Assembly (NCBI GenBank): GCA_965240325.2
Contig: OZ251238.1
Coordinates: forward strand, 496,001 to 560,000
Direction: 5' to 3'
DNA from: Rebecca billardiae RCC1528
Taxonomy: Eukaryota; Protista; Haptophyta
Length of the DNA: 64,000 nucleotides
Part shown: one piece after another, positions 21,637 to 33,394 of the stretch
Layout: the number at the start of each line of letters is the position of its first letter
How positions within the stretch are numbered: the stretch's first letter is position 1
Notes under the pieces: generated by a model
Seen by the model: only the letters and a program-made list of their open reading frames with translations
Database searches by the model: none
Told to the model about the DNA's origin: nothing
Made by a program: the position numbers and the translations under genes

Positions 21637-23575
21637 ATGGCGTCGCTCCAGCTCCTGCACGCGATATGCACTGCCGCGCCCGCGCCGCCGATGTGGTCCG
21701 CATCCTCGTGGGTCGAAGACGCGGCGAGCTGTGCGTCTATCCTGGATCCTGAGTACCGCGCGTTCTGCGAGGTCGCACTTCCGGGCGCTGGGGCGATGCT
21801 CGCGCGCCGTGAGACTTTGGAGAGGCGACTCCAAGCGTGCACGTGGGAGGAGAACGAGCCGACTCGTCATCCGGAGGGCATTCGGTTGCCAAACAAGGGC
21901 TATGTGTACCAGCTCCCATTTCTGCGGTCCTGGCCCAACCGCGCGCCGCCCATGCAGGCTACGGACTACCGGCCTGGCCAGCCGGTGCGGCAGTGGACCT
22001 GCCTCGACACGAGCGGCATGGACAAAGCGAACGCAGGCTGGGTGTTCACGAGAGTGGGGCCTGTGGTGACGATGGGAGGATGGGACTGGAGCGAGGTGAC
22101 GTACGCCCTTAAGCACCCCGCGCTCCCGCCGCACGCGCGCATCACCTCCTCGTCCCTCGGCTCGCTCGACAACTCGTCCGCGCGGCTGCTCGATCACCCG
22201 CCCATACACCAGCATCACCACCATCTCAACCAGGATGGCGACACTCGCGGGCCGCTGCAGATCTTCATGCACTCCGACTGCGCGTGCACGTTGGACAGCG
22301 GCGGCGTGGGCTGCCACATCAACGAGCTCCCGGCTGGATACGCGCGCTTGATGCGCACACCGCTGCACGGCTGGGCGGAACTGAACGACGTGCGAGCGCC
22401 AGGCTCGGCGCCGCTCGCACACTACGTGCTCGCCGCTGTGCGCTGGGCGCGGCCAGAGGCAAACGTGCCCAACGTCATCGCCACCGCCAGGTTTGCTGTG
22501 AACCCGTCCACCTGGGGCAGCGCCACGGGCTACCAGTCGTCCTTCCCGGTGCCGGGTGACCGGCCGATACACATGTGGTCCGAGTTCTTAACGCCCCATC
22601 TGAGCGCAAGGTGCGCGCAGCGGCGCAGCGCATGTCGCGGCGTGCGCGATCGCGCCGGGTGGCGCGCGGCTCTTCTGGGCATGGGCACACGCGTTGTAGC
22701 CGTCTTTTCTGATCCGCTCGCCCTCGCACCTCGCGCCCGCGCTCAGGCTGGTGTGGAGCTTCTGGCACGTGCACCCGTTCTGGACGCGGCGCGTGACGCT
22801 GCTCGTCGGCGTGGGCCCCAAGGAGCTCGGGCTGCTCGAGTCCGGGATGCCCGCGTACCAAGAGCTGCGAGACGGTTCCGGGGAGGAGCTGCGCACGATG
22901 GTGCTGGGCAAGGCGCGCGCGCGTGTCGCCGCCGGAGCCTCGCTGAGCATGTGCGTGTACGACGTCGAGCTCGCGCCGTTTGACGACGCGCCGAGCGCAG
23001 CTGCGGAGCTCGACCCGACGCATCTGTTCCGCCGCTACTCCGCCTGCCAGCCGTTCAACTTCAGCGCGCAGCGCCCGATACCTGCCACTCTTTTCGCCCA
23101 GTACGGACCCACGTCGGAGCGCGTGCGCGTGCAGACGGCGTACATGCACTCGCACGTCATGCTGACAGTCGCCGCACCCGCGCACAGCAAGCCATTCGAC
23201 GCCACGAGCAGGAGTGGCGCTCGCAGCAGAGACGCAGCGCCACTGCTGGCTGCACGTTTGGTGGGCGATGCGTCGCCGGCGTTCCGCAAGATGTACATCC
23301 CCATCGGTAGCCGTCCGCGCCACCTGAATGTAGCCTGGTCCATCCCGATTTTCGCCACTGAAAAAGCCTTTTTCGGATTTTGGGCGCCTCATTTCTCCCG
23401 ATTTTTCTCGTCGCTCGTCGCGCTCGTCAAAAATCGCCACCGGCCGTCCGACGGCTCGCCGCGACGAGGTCGGAAGGGGCTCGAGAGCCTCGACTGGACG
23501 ACTGCGCCGCCTCATGTCAGGTGTAGTGCTGGACACATCGTTCGGGTGCCCCGGCGGTGTGCGTGCACACCTTAA
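21637..23575 (+). CDS. His-rich putative secreted protein (paralog B); exons 21637-22610 and 22747-23575; C-terminus after about 23295 probably TE-derived
   Basis: Signal-like MASLQLLHAICTAAPA. Intron GTGCGC...CTCAG (22611-22746) restores SARLVWSFWHVHP, matching paralog A's EARVAWSFWHVHP. Confidence 0.8.
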
Positions 23576-24810
23576 GCGACATGTCTGCGTTGCTTCCGCC
23601 GCCCGCGGTCCGTCGCCAGGTCGACTTCTCGCCCGACGGCGCGCGTCGAACGCTCAGCTGCTGGGTTGCGCTGCGCCTTCGAGAAGGGGCACCTCCGGGA
23701 ATATGCGCGGCACGCGACGGCTCGCATGGGGCACCGCCTACCCCTAGCATGTACTCGATGCCACCACCAGCGTTGGGCGCGCTGCGCATCGCCAACGCTT
23801 CATCCGGCCAGTCCCGTCACGTTTGCGCATGGGTCGCCCAAGGCGGCGGCAGTCGATTTGTGCTTCTCGTGGAGCTGTATGACGGGCTGGGGGCGATCAG
23901 GACGGCTCGCCTTGCGGGGCTGGGTATGTACAGTTACATTGTAGTGGCTGCCGGCTGACTCCCATCCCCTGGGTGCTGCTTTACCGTCGTGGCCTTTGCT
24001 GCGAGCACAAGGTCGAGGATCGTACCGCGGTCTGCGAGGCAGAGTCGACGGAGTCGTCGCTTGAAGATGGTTGAGAGCGCTCGTACGTCTTCCTTGGTGT
24101 CGTGCGGCTACTCCAGCACGCAAGGCTCGCGCTTTGGCACGTGTTTGGTGTCCATGGGTGGCACATTGTGCCATTCGGGTGGCTCGGAAGCACGTGCTCG
24201 GGTGTCTTCCCCGTTTACGTGCGGTGGGTCAAGTCACCACGCACGGCCAGAGCATGTCATGGCACGCGGAGGGTGCCCATGAACGATCCCCACCCCGGTG
24301 GTGGCCGTAGGCGCACTCGAAGCGGTCGCATCGTCACCCGCGGATCACATCAGTCCGCCGTTGAGGCTGTCGGGCGAGCAAGGACGTGCGATCTGACCCT
24401 TGGACGAGCAGCTAGAACCGCGATTATGCCTCGTCTAAGGACGCACATGTCGTCGTTGTAGGCAGTACGGATGCCCCAAGTGAAAGGGCGGGCGTGGCAC
24501 GCGACTTGACAGCTTGAATGACTCGATGCACGCCGCCATGGACACGCGATCCGGATCCGTTGCGAACCTGCCGTGTGGCTCACGGCGGCGCGCGTTGTGC
24601 CGCACATCGGCCAGTCGCCACGCAGGAGATGGTCTCCAGACCAGGTCCAGCACCTGACCGACTGTCGCACGCCTGGCCGGGTGGGAGTCCGGCCCTCTTC
24701 TTGTCTGCAGGAGTGCGCGGAAGGCCAGGCGGAGCCTCGTCCGACCACTGCACCCCGAGCGCCGCACTAATCGTGCAGCCTGGGACAGCTACCCACCTAT
24801 GGCGAATATG
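23296..24810. mobile_element. Putative degraded TA-flanked transposon
   Basis: Weak gapped TIR (CAT..CCAT..GGTAGC.GTCC) with TA on both sides. Abrupt loss of paralog similarity at 23295 and A/T-run-rich subterminal sequence. Confidence 0.3.
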
Positions 24811-25121
24811 TAACGACATACTGGCATTTAATTACACAGACTCAGAACGCATATTTATGCGGGTAAATTTCCCATATTATGCGGGTACAAATGGGTAATA
24901 TAGTCAATCTTGCAGTAGTTGAGTACGGCCACTTGCGCACAGACCAGAGCCCATCCTAATGGCCTGTACCAAGGTTCATGTTCGCCTCGACGTACGCCAA
25001 TAAGTAAGTTCGTGCGTTTGGGCTCATTTCGGCTAAGTACTTACCCACATTCAGACTGACGATTCTCTATGTGTCCGTAGTTGTCCGCGGCGCGCGCGCG
25101 CACGCTCACGACGGGCCGCGG

Positions 25122-25544
25122 ATGCGATTTTTAGGCCGAAACTTTTGCTCCGCCCGGGCTGGGCCCATTTGCTACGCTGTTTCCGGGTGTGAGCGCGCGC
25201 CTAGGGGCCCGCATTCATTTGGCGATAAAATCCCCGAAAGTGCTCCAGTGCGTTTGGACCAGGCTACTGAATGAGTGAATGATCGTCATTAGACCGGCGC
25301 AGGCAGTCAGGCGAGTGAGACGTCCCCGTGAGTCATCCCGGGTCCGACGCGGCGACACTGCCGGCCAATGCCCAATAAATTGTAAATAGTAGCCTGGTCC
25401 AAACGCACTTAGGAGCACTTTCGGGGATTTTATATATCCCCAGCAAATGAATGCGGGCCCCTAGGCACGCGCTCACACCCGGAAACAGCGTAACAAATGG
25501 GCCCTGAGCCCGGGCGGAGCAAAAGTTTCGGCCTTATAAAAAAG

Positions 25545-25550
<6 letters not shown>
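25122..25550. mobile_element. MITE with ~150-bp inverted arms
   Basis: 25122-25268 is the reverse complement of 25388-25550 (AGGCCGAAACTTTTGCTCCGCCCGGGC...GGACCAGGCTACT). The right end abuts (TA)n. Confidence 0.8.
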
Positions 25551-25583
<33 letters not shown>

Positions 25584-25623
25584 ATATATATGTGTATATA
25601 TATGTATATATATATATATATAT
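25550..25623. repeat. (TA)n microsatellite
   Basis: Direct observation. Confidence 0.95.
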
Positions 25624-25765
25624 CTGCGCTGGGTCGTATCTGACACCAAAGGACTGAGTCTGAGTTATTACACACCAGCCGTTCATATTTAACTTACTCG
25701 CGCGCGTTACGGTTATAAGTCACCGTGCTGCGGCGGCTATTATAGCGCGCTAGCTCAGTAGTATT

Positions 25766-28338
25766 TCAGAACTCAGCGGCATCAGCGACGTCGTGACACA
25801 CATAGCACGTGGCTGCCATGAGAGCGTGGCACGGCGAGCCAGCGCGCAGCCTGAAGAGTAGCTGCTGATCAACATGCTGCTCGCTGCCGTGGCATGATGG
25901 AGTCGTCGCTGCCACACGTCCACGACCGCCGCCGCCGCTAGCACGCCATGGCGCCGCGGACCGAGTCGTTGGCGCCGCACCTCGCCCCCCCGAGCACTCG
26001 TCGCCTGCCCGGCACACAAGCGTCGGCAGGTTGGCATGCTCCTCGTCTATCGTTGAGCGCGCGACTGTTGCGGCGGCTGCGCAGCCGCACTCGTGCAATG
26101 GCATGACGCGCATTGGCATCTCCGCCCGCAGGTGTACGCGTGGCAGCAGCTCGAGCTGCTGGCGCGCGGCAGCGGCTAAGCCCAGTGCGCCCGTCGACTC
26201 TTGAGCAGCTCTGAGCAGCGCTCGAAGTATCGCTGCAGCTGCATCGGCGTAGCACTCGCCAACGCCCCCGCGAGCGCTGGCTGCGCCGCCGCAGCCTGTG
26301 GCCGCCAGGCCGATGCTGCCGCGCCCTCGCGCTGAATGCCCGGCATCGTCTGCGAGCAGCACGGCCAGCGGGTGCGGGCGCGCAAGTGCCGTCTGGATAC
26401 GGCGCGTGAGCAGCACTCTCTCGTCCAGGAAGACACCACCGTGCCGCGCGAGCACGAGCACGCCGACAGCGGTGGCGAGCTCCCAGCGAGCAGAGGAGGC
26501 GCCGCTGGTCGCGCTCCAGTTTGCGCTGCGCGCAAGCGCATGCTCGAGCCGGCGCAGCCACTGGCCGTCAGGCCCATCGGCCGCCGTGCCCGTCGGACGG
26601 AGCAGCTTCTCCACGCTGTGCACGCGCACGTTCAGCCCGACCTCGCGCAGCACGCGCAGCGTGGCGGGCGGCTCAACGCCCGCTCCGTGCAGCAGCCACA
26701 CGCGCACAGCCGCGCCGCGGTGCGCGAACAGCGCCGCCTCGAGCGCCTTGGTGCGCAGCAGGCGCTCGAGGCTCGACCGAGCGCGCTCGAGCCAGACAAA
26801 GTGCAATGCACCGCAGTCGCCATCGCCTCCTCGCGCGCCGCCGCCGGCGTCGCACGCGCGCGGGCTCGTGACAGTCGGTGGCTGCGCGCTCGCCCTGAGC
26901 TGGCGCACGACTCCTGGCCGCTGCTCGCTCGCCAGCGCCGCCCACTGCGTCACGCGCATGCGCTCCCACTCGTGCCTGGCCCTGGGCCCACGCGGGAGCT
27001 GCGGCCAGCTGCCCAGCCTGTTCGCGTCCTCCGGCGAATGGAAGAAGCGGTCCATGCCGGACACGCGCCCGCCCCGCCCGCCGCCCGGCAGCTGGTGCGC
27101 GCGCGCCGGCACGAAGACCACGCGCGCTCCAACGGCGACGGCGGGGGAGGCGACGTGCAATCTCGACGTGATCACGAGCTCGGCGTCCGCGAGCTCGAGG
27201 AGCCGCGCGCGCGCGAGCGGAAAGCCCTTCTCGTATGCCACGTCCTCGCACGGTAGCCGCGACGAGAGCGACGCATCGGCGATCGCTAGGAGCTCGGCGG
27301 GCACACGCTCGCGCTCGGTCACATCGATCAGGAGCACGCGCCCTGCCGTGCTGCGCCGGGGGGCCTGCGGCTGTGCTCGCGGCCGGCGAAGCTGCGCCGT
27401 GAGGCAGCCGCTGAAGTACGCCTTGATCTGCGGGGCGCGGGCGTACAGTAGGGCACACATCGGCGCTCTGCACGCGCCCTGCGCGCATACGCGTGCGCTC
27501 GCGCGGCCAGCCGCGTCCGCAGGGCCGCGGGGAGCGCTGTTGCCCGATGCGCGCCGCGCTCACCTTCAGCGCCTCAAGCCCGCGGAGCGTATCAAGTGAG
27601 CGCGCGCCCACGGGCTGAGCACGGCGCAGCCACGCCAGAAACGGCGTGAAGCGCTCGTTTCCCGCCCACTTGCGAGGGTCGACCACATGGACGCCCACAG
27701 GGATGGCCGTGATCGTCTCGGCGTGCGGAGCGAACGCCACGGAGGGCAGCACGTGGCTGGGCGGGACGCATGCGCAGCAGGCGGCGGCAGGGAGTTGGGC
27801 ACCATCGGTGCGGCGCGCTCAAGCGCTCGCGCGGCTGGCGAAGGCGCGCTTGAGGGGCGGGCTCGGCATCTCACTTTGCGTTCATCACCAACACGGTTGG
27901 CGCCGGCTGCGGGAGCGTGCGCTCGGACGAGTCGCGCTCAAAGTAAGCGTCTGCACGGCCCTTCAACGTCAGCAGCTGCAGGTCGGCGAGTGATTGCATG
28001 TAATCCCCTGCATGTGGGCGCGCACGCGCATGGCCGCGTCGGTGACCAGGGGCGTCGCGATCGGTCCAGCGGCCATGGCATAGTTCAACGGCTCACGATC
28101 TGTCCAGCACTGCGGCTGTGCATTGCGCCGCGCCAGACTCGGCTCACCGACGTTTGCGCGCACCAATGTTGCAGGGCTGATTGTACTGGTGGGGCTGGAG
28201 GAACTGCTTCTTTATCTCGTTCGACCGGTTCCCAGTAGTAAGGACGGCAACGCGCATAGCCAGCGCGCTCGTGCAGAGGCAGCTCAGCAAGCTCAGCAGG
28301 AGCTGCGGCGGCCGTGCCGCCGCCATCAGCAGGTCCAT
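25766..28338 (-). CDS. Polysaccharide pyruvyltransferase fused to a GT32/DXD-like domain; exons 28338-28164, 28007-27875, 27756-27564, 27427-25766
   Basis: Signal peptide. Splicing reconstitutes NIGDYMQSLA, followed by VGARSLDT, AYFSGCLT and AELVITSRLHVASP (pyruvyltransferase motifs). C-terminal LHFVWL...ALEAA...RHGGVFLDE is GT32-like with a degenerate DXD. Confidence 0.85.
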
Positions 28339-28559
28339 GCGAGCCGCGCAGCGCAGGTGGATCGCGCTTCAGGCTTTTTTTTATTACATTTCGTCGGCCC
28401 TTTGGAGCATGGCTGCCCGCCCACGGTGCCCTCGCGGGTGCGGCCGTTGCTGCCGCGCCATGTACGACTCAATGAGTCTTGCGCACGGTTTAGGCCATGA
28501 CTACTGACGCACATGTAGCAGACCGAGCCCTCCTCCCAAGCTCGCCAAGGGCCCGACCG

Positions 28560-29730
28560 CGTCATTTGAAGAGCAGCCGCCACGAGCGTCATCCGCTCGA
28601 CTCGGTCGGCACCATGCGTGCGAGAGGTTGCGACGGCGCGGAACTCCTCGTCATCATCAGGAGTCAGCCAGCGAGCACCCTGCGGCCGCGCCTCGGCGAC
28701 CTAGCACACGCAAGGCAGACTCGACCTTGGGCGAGCCTCGGCGACCTCCGCCTCGAGCTGGATGCCACGCGTAGCAGCCTGAGTCGACGTCCGGTGGAAA
28801 GGCACGGGCACGCACAGAGCATCAGACAGTGCGCCGCATCTGCCTGCCGGAGTGTACCATCACCGCGCCCACGCGACCGGGTTGACGAAGAAGTCGTCAA
28901 CGACGAGCGAGCCGGCGTCCAGCGGAACGGGCGGTGCAGCCGGCGCCGCGCTGTGCGAACAGGGTGGAAGCCGACCGCTGCCGCGCGCGACGTGAGCGAG
29001 CTGGCGGGTGCACGCCAGTCAGTCAGCTGCAGATGATGCGGCGAAGAGACGCGCTACCACCTACTCCACCTCGCGCGACTTAATCTTGCTGACGTGATCG
29101 CACACGCGCGCGATCAATGACATACTCAACGTCGAGCGCCTGAGTGCTGTTTCGAAAGGTGCCTTCCCCCTCGCTCAGGGCGTGCCTGTCGGCGCGGTCG
29201 AGCGCTGCTCGTCGCCTCGGCCTGCTGAGCGTCAGCGAGGCGCTTGTCAAGGATCGCCTGCTTGCTGCGTCACAGCGCGCGAGCGCGCCACGCGCACGAC
29301 CAAATGTGTGCGCTTCAGATACTTCTTGCCGGCGGCAAAGGCAGACTGCCCAGAGTTCGCCTGCTTCTCCGAGGACCCCGCGCCAGACGCCTGCACGGCC
29401 GGAGCAGCGGCCCGAGCTGCAACAGCAGAGGCCGCGCGCGCCGTAGCAAGCTTCACCTCGCGCGCTGGACGCGTTTGGCGAGCATCTTCTTCTACTTCCT
29501 TAGCGCGCTACGGTTGCCCGCCTTCTTCTACGAAGGCCTCGTGAGGCGAGCTTCACAAGCACTCGCGTGTGTGGTCCGAGCCACCTGAGCGCGTGCGCAC
29601 GGTTGCGCGCTCGTGCGTACGGTATGAGCAGCGCAGCAGGAGACCAGCACACGTTCGTGCAAGGGTGCACGCGCATACCGCAACCGGTGCATCTTGATCG
29701 TTCGCGACGGCAGCCTCCTTGAAGGCTCTA
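28560..29730 (+). mobile_element. Possible decayed transposon remnant (hAT-like end)
   Basis: Broken coding-like frames ending at GAAGGCTCTA (reverse complement TAGAGCC, an hAT-like terminus). No partner end found. Confidence 0.2.
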
Positions 29731-30117
29731 TCTACCACCTGTATCCAGGTCTGACCTTGTGCTTCTTCCCGATGCGCTTCGGCTTCGCGCCACTGCCGAC
29801 GCGGGAGTGAGAGGAACTGGGCACCAGAGTGTGGTACCGATTGCGGGCGAACGGGGAGGCGGGCCCTGGCCGCGAAGGTCGGAAACGGACGACCTTCGTG
29901 TGCTCCTCCGTTTCCAAGCACTCGCGCCACGCGCCGGCCGCCATGGGACGGGCGCGATGTAACCGAAAGACGGGTGGACAGGTCGCGTCCACCACCCGTC
30001 CCAGAAAACCCGCGGCGCAGCCGCCACTTGGAGGACGGTCCGAACCTGGAGGACGGTTTTGGACTTTTTCCAGGCCGATCCTGGAGGATCGGCGCCAGTC
30101 CTCGAGGATCGGCCTCC

Positions 30118-30900
30118 AGCGAGTCCTCCAGGATGCGCCAGCGAGTCCTCCAGGATGCGCAGCGAGTCCTCCAGGATGCGCCAGCGAGTCCTCCAGGATG
30201 CGCAGCGAGTCCTCCAGGATGCGCAGCGAGTCCTCCAGGATGCGCAGCGAGTCCTCCAGGATGCGCAGCGAGTCCTCCAGGATGCGCCAGCGAGTCCTCC
30301 AGGATGCGCAGCGAGTCCTCCAGGATGCGCCAGCGAGTCCTCCAGGATGCGCAGCGAGTCCTCCAGGATGCGCAGCGAGTCCTCCAGGATGCGCCAGCGA
30401 GTCCTCCAGGATGCGCAGCGAGTCCTCCAGGATGCGCCAGCGAGTCCTCCAGGATGCGCAGCGAGTCCTCCAGGATGCGCCAGCGAGTCCTCCAGGATGC
30501 GCAGCGAGTCCTCCAGGATGCGCAGCGAGTCCTCCAGGATGCGCCAGCAAGTCCTCCAGGATGCGCCAGCGAGTCCTCCAGGATGCGCAGCGAGTCCTCC
30601 AGGATGTGCAGCGAGTCCTCCAGGATGCGCCAGCGAGTCCTCCAGGATGCGCAGCGAGTCCTCCAGGATGTGCAGCGAGTCCTCCAGGATGCGCAGCGAG
30701 TCCTCCAGGATGCGCCAGCGAGTCCTCCAGGATGCGCAGCGAGTCCTCCCGGATGCGCCAGCGAGTCCTCCAGGATGCGCAGCGAGTCCTCCAGGATGCG
30801 CCAGCGAGTCCTCCAGGATACGCAGCGAGTCCTCCAGGATGCGCAGCGAGTCCTCCACCCCTCCAGGATGCGCCAGCGAGTCAGCCTTCAGGATGCGCCA
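30118..30900. repeat. 21/22-bp minisatellite CAGCGAGTCCTCCAGGATGCG(C), roughly 36 copies
   Basis: Direct observation. Mixed 21- and 22-bp units explain the multi-frame repeat ORFs. Confidence 0.95.
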
Positions 30901-31536
30901 GCCAATCTTGTGGGTGTACGATGCACCGCCGTCTCCTGCAGAATGCGCCAGCCGTACTCGCAGATTCTTGATCCAGCCTGCGCGCGCGGATAGCGCGAGC
31001 GAGCGTGGCATTGGGCGCCGACGCTGGTGCAGCGCACTGGTAGCGTAGTGAGATGGCGGTGTGCTCTTGCATCAGCCGTCTCCGCGTCGAGGTGACGTGG
31101 GCGATCTTCAAGCCGAAGAGCAAGCGGTCGTAGCCAGTGCCTGCGCGCGCGCCGCGCGCGCAAGCGGCAGCGCGCCCAGCCAGCGCGCGCGGTCAGTCGT
31201 GCAGGGAGGCAGTGCGCGCGCGCCGCGCGCATGCGCGGTGGGGCGCACCAATGGAGAGGACGCCGAACGAGAGCTCGATGTTGGAGAACGTGGGCTCGTT
31301 CTGGAACACCATCTCCAGGTCGAGGTGCGAGAGGAACTGCCGGATGCGCCGCGTGAACACATAGTCCTGAGAGCAGGGCGCTAGACAGTAGACTGCGCGG
31401 CAGCGGGGTGAGCGGCGGCGCGCGCGCGTGCGTTGGCGCGCGTCGGCGCGCACGTCGGCGCGCGCACCTTGGAGAGCGCGAGGAGCTTGAGCAGCTCCTC
31501 GTTCGTCTGAGCCGCCGGGTCGAACGCCTGGACTTC
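30888..31536 (-). pseudogene. Spliced gene fragment of unknown function (exons 31536-31468, 31366-31249, 31140-~31040)
   Basis: Canonical introns join EVQAFDPAAQTNEELLKLLALSK / DYVFTRRIRQFLSHLDLEMVFQNEPTFSNIELSFGVLSI / GTGYDRLLFGLKIAHV in frame. The 3' end degenerates into the minisatellite. Confidence 0.5.
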
Positions 31537-31985
31537 CTGCAAGGGGTGGCGGGGGTCACACGAGTGACGGGGGTTGGTGCGGCGGCAGTTGCGCGGTCAG
31601 TTTATCGCGCGCGAGGGCGGATCTGGTGCATTGCGTCATTCGCGATGCGTAGGTGGAGCAGTCGCGCGTTCGTACGTTGCCCGTCCAGTGCGCGCATGCG
31701 TGCGGCGCGCACAGTTCGCCGCGCCGATTCGCCCGGCGCTCGTGCTCGCACGCGCTGAGCGTGTTCTACGCGCTTGCGGCGCCTCTGCGCGTTGAGGCTG
31801 AGAGAAGTGCAGCTGGAGGATTGGAGCAGTAGTAGTAGCGTCTGATGATGGCTCTCTGGGATGATGGCGGCGTTGAACGAGCGAGAGCAGAGCGCTGGGC
31901 TGCGGGCAAGGCGACGGTTCCGAACATCGCGGCCGATGATGACGTCGCAGCTGCGTCTGCGGGTGGTCTTTCAAACGCGCGGGTT

Positions 31986-32048
31986 GCCGGGCTAGTCCGG
32001 AAATAACGGCGCGCCGTCGGCGCGCCGTTATTTCCGGACTAGTCCGGC
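31986..32048. repeat. ~63-bp near-perfect palindrome
   Basis: CTAGTCCGGAAATAACGGCGCGCCG-T-CGGCGCGCCGTTATTTCCGGACTAG, extended by GCCGG/CCGGC. Confidence 0.95.
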
Positions 32049-32265
32049 ACGGCGCCGTACTAGGCAATACCAGCAGCGTGCGGGGTGCGCTGCCTCCGGG
32101 GGGGCGGTGTACTGCATTCATAAGCCAGCCTATACTTAATCGATGCTGGTAAGTCCTCAGCTGCTACAATAGATAGGGGTGCAGGCGTGCCGAGCTTAAT
32201 CCGGATCCGGGGGGACGCACCCGCGTTCCGTGTAGTTATGTCGACGATAATTGACACTACCGAGC

Positions 32266-33394
32266 CAAGGGCGGTAAGGGCTGTCAACTCCCAGTGGCGG
32301 CGGTGGCAGAGGTTGGTCGCCGCTTCGTCGCTGCGCGGCCTCGCTCCAGCGACTAACTCTCGTGGGCGCCCGCCCCGGGGGGCGAGTGGGGCGCGCACGG
32401 CGCGAGCTCCTGTGGCCGTGTACGCGCGCGCGGAGGCGGCGCGCGTGGCTGGGCAGGTGCTAAGGAGTGTATGTCGCCCTCCCACGCCGCGCGCCTTGCT
32501 CGCCGCCGCTTTCGCCGCGCCTCAGGCCAGCGCGCACGCGTGCGCCGCCTCCAGAGCCAGCCTCGGGCAATCGGCAGCCGCCCGCGCATGTGTGGTGCGC
32601 GGTCTGGTCGGCGCGAGTCGGTCGGGGCCATCGGGCGAGGCTCGCATACTATAGACGCGCGCCATGCTGCCTCGCGCCGCCGCGCGTGGGCCCGGTCCCA
32701 TCCCGTGAAGCTGTTGAAGGAAGCTGATCGATGAATGCACGACAAGCAGAAATGAGCTCGAATACGTGACAGTGAGCGCACATGCGCGTGATAGGCGGCC
32801 GCATTGGGCGCGTGTACGGCGTCCTATGAGTGCATTGCCCCGCTCTTCATCGCCTGCGCGCGTCTATTGTGCTCTCCAGCGTCTCCATGAGCGTCCAAAC
32901 ATGAGCATTTTCGCATTCGTGCTGCAGTTCGTGTCAGACCTAAGATGCTTGCGTGTCGACCCATGACAACCCACGCGCGGCGGCGCGAGGCAGCATGGCG
33001 CGCGTCTATAGTATGCGAGCCTCGCCCGATGGCCCCGACCGACTCGCGCCGACCAGACCGCGCACCACACATGCGCGGGCGGCTGCCGATTGCCCGAGGC
33101 TGGCTCTGGAGGCGGCGCACGCGTGCGCGCTGGCCTGAGGCGCGGCGAAAGCGGCGGCGAGCAAGGCGCGCGGCGTGGGAGGGCGACATACACTCCTTAG
33201 CACCTGCCCAGCCACGCGCGCCGCCTCCGCGCGCGCGTACACGGCCACAGGAGCTCGCGCCGTGCGCGCCCCACTCGCCCCCCAGGGCGGGCGCCCACGA
33301 GAGTTAGTCGCTGGAGCGAGGCCGCGCAGCGACGAAGCGGCGACCAACCTCTGCCACCGCCGCCACTGGGAGTTGACAGCCCTTACCGCCCTTG
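32266..33394. mobile_element. Foldback element with ~425-bp TIRs and 7-bp TSD (P/Galileo-like), non-autonomous
   Basis: ACCGAGC|CAAGGGCGGTAAGGG ... CCCTTACCGCCCTTG|ACCGAGC. Arms 32266-32690 and 32970-33394 are near-identical inverted copies. Confidence 0.9.

Noticed and set aside
29728-31048. Several 270-430 aa repeat ORFs
   Set aside because: They are products of a stop-free 21/22-bp minisatellite that is open in most frames.
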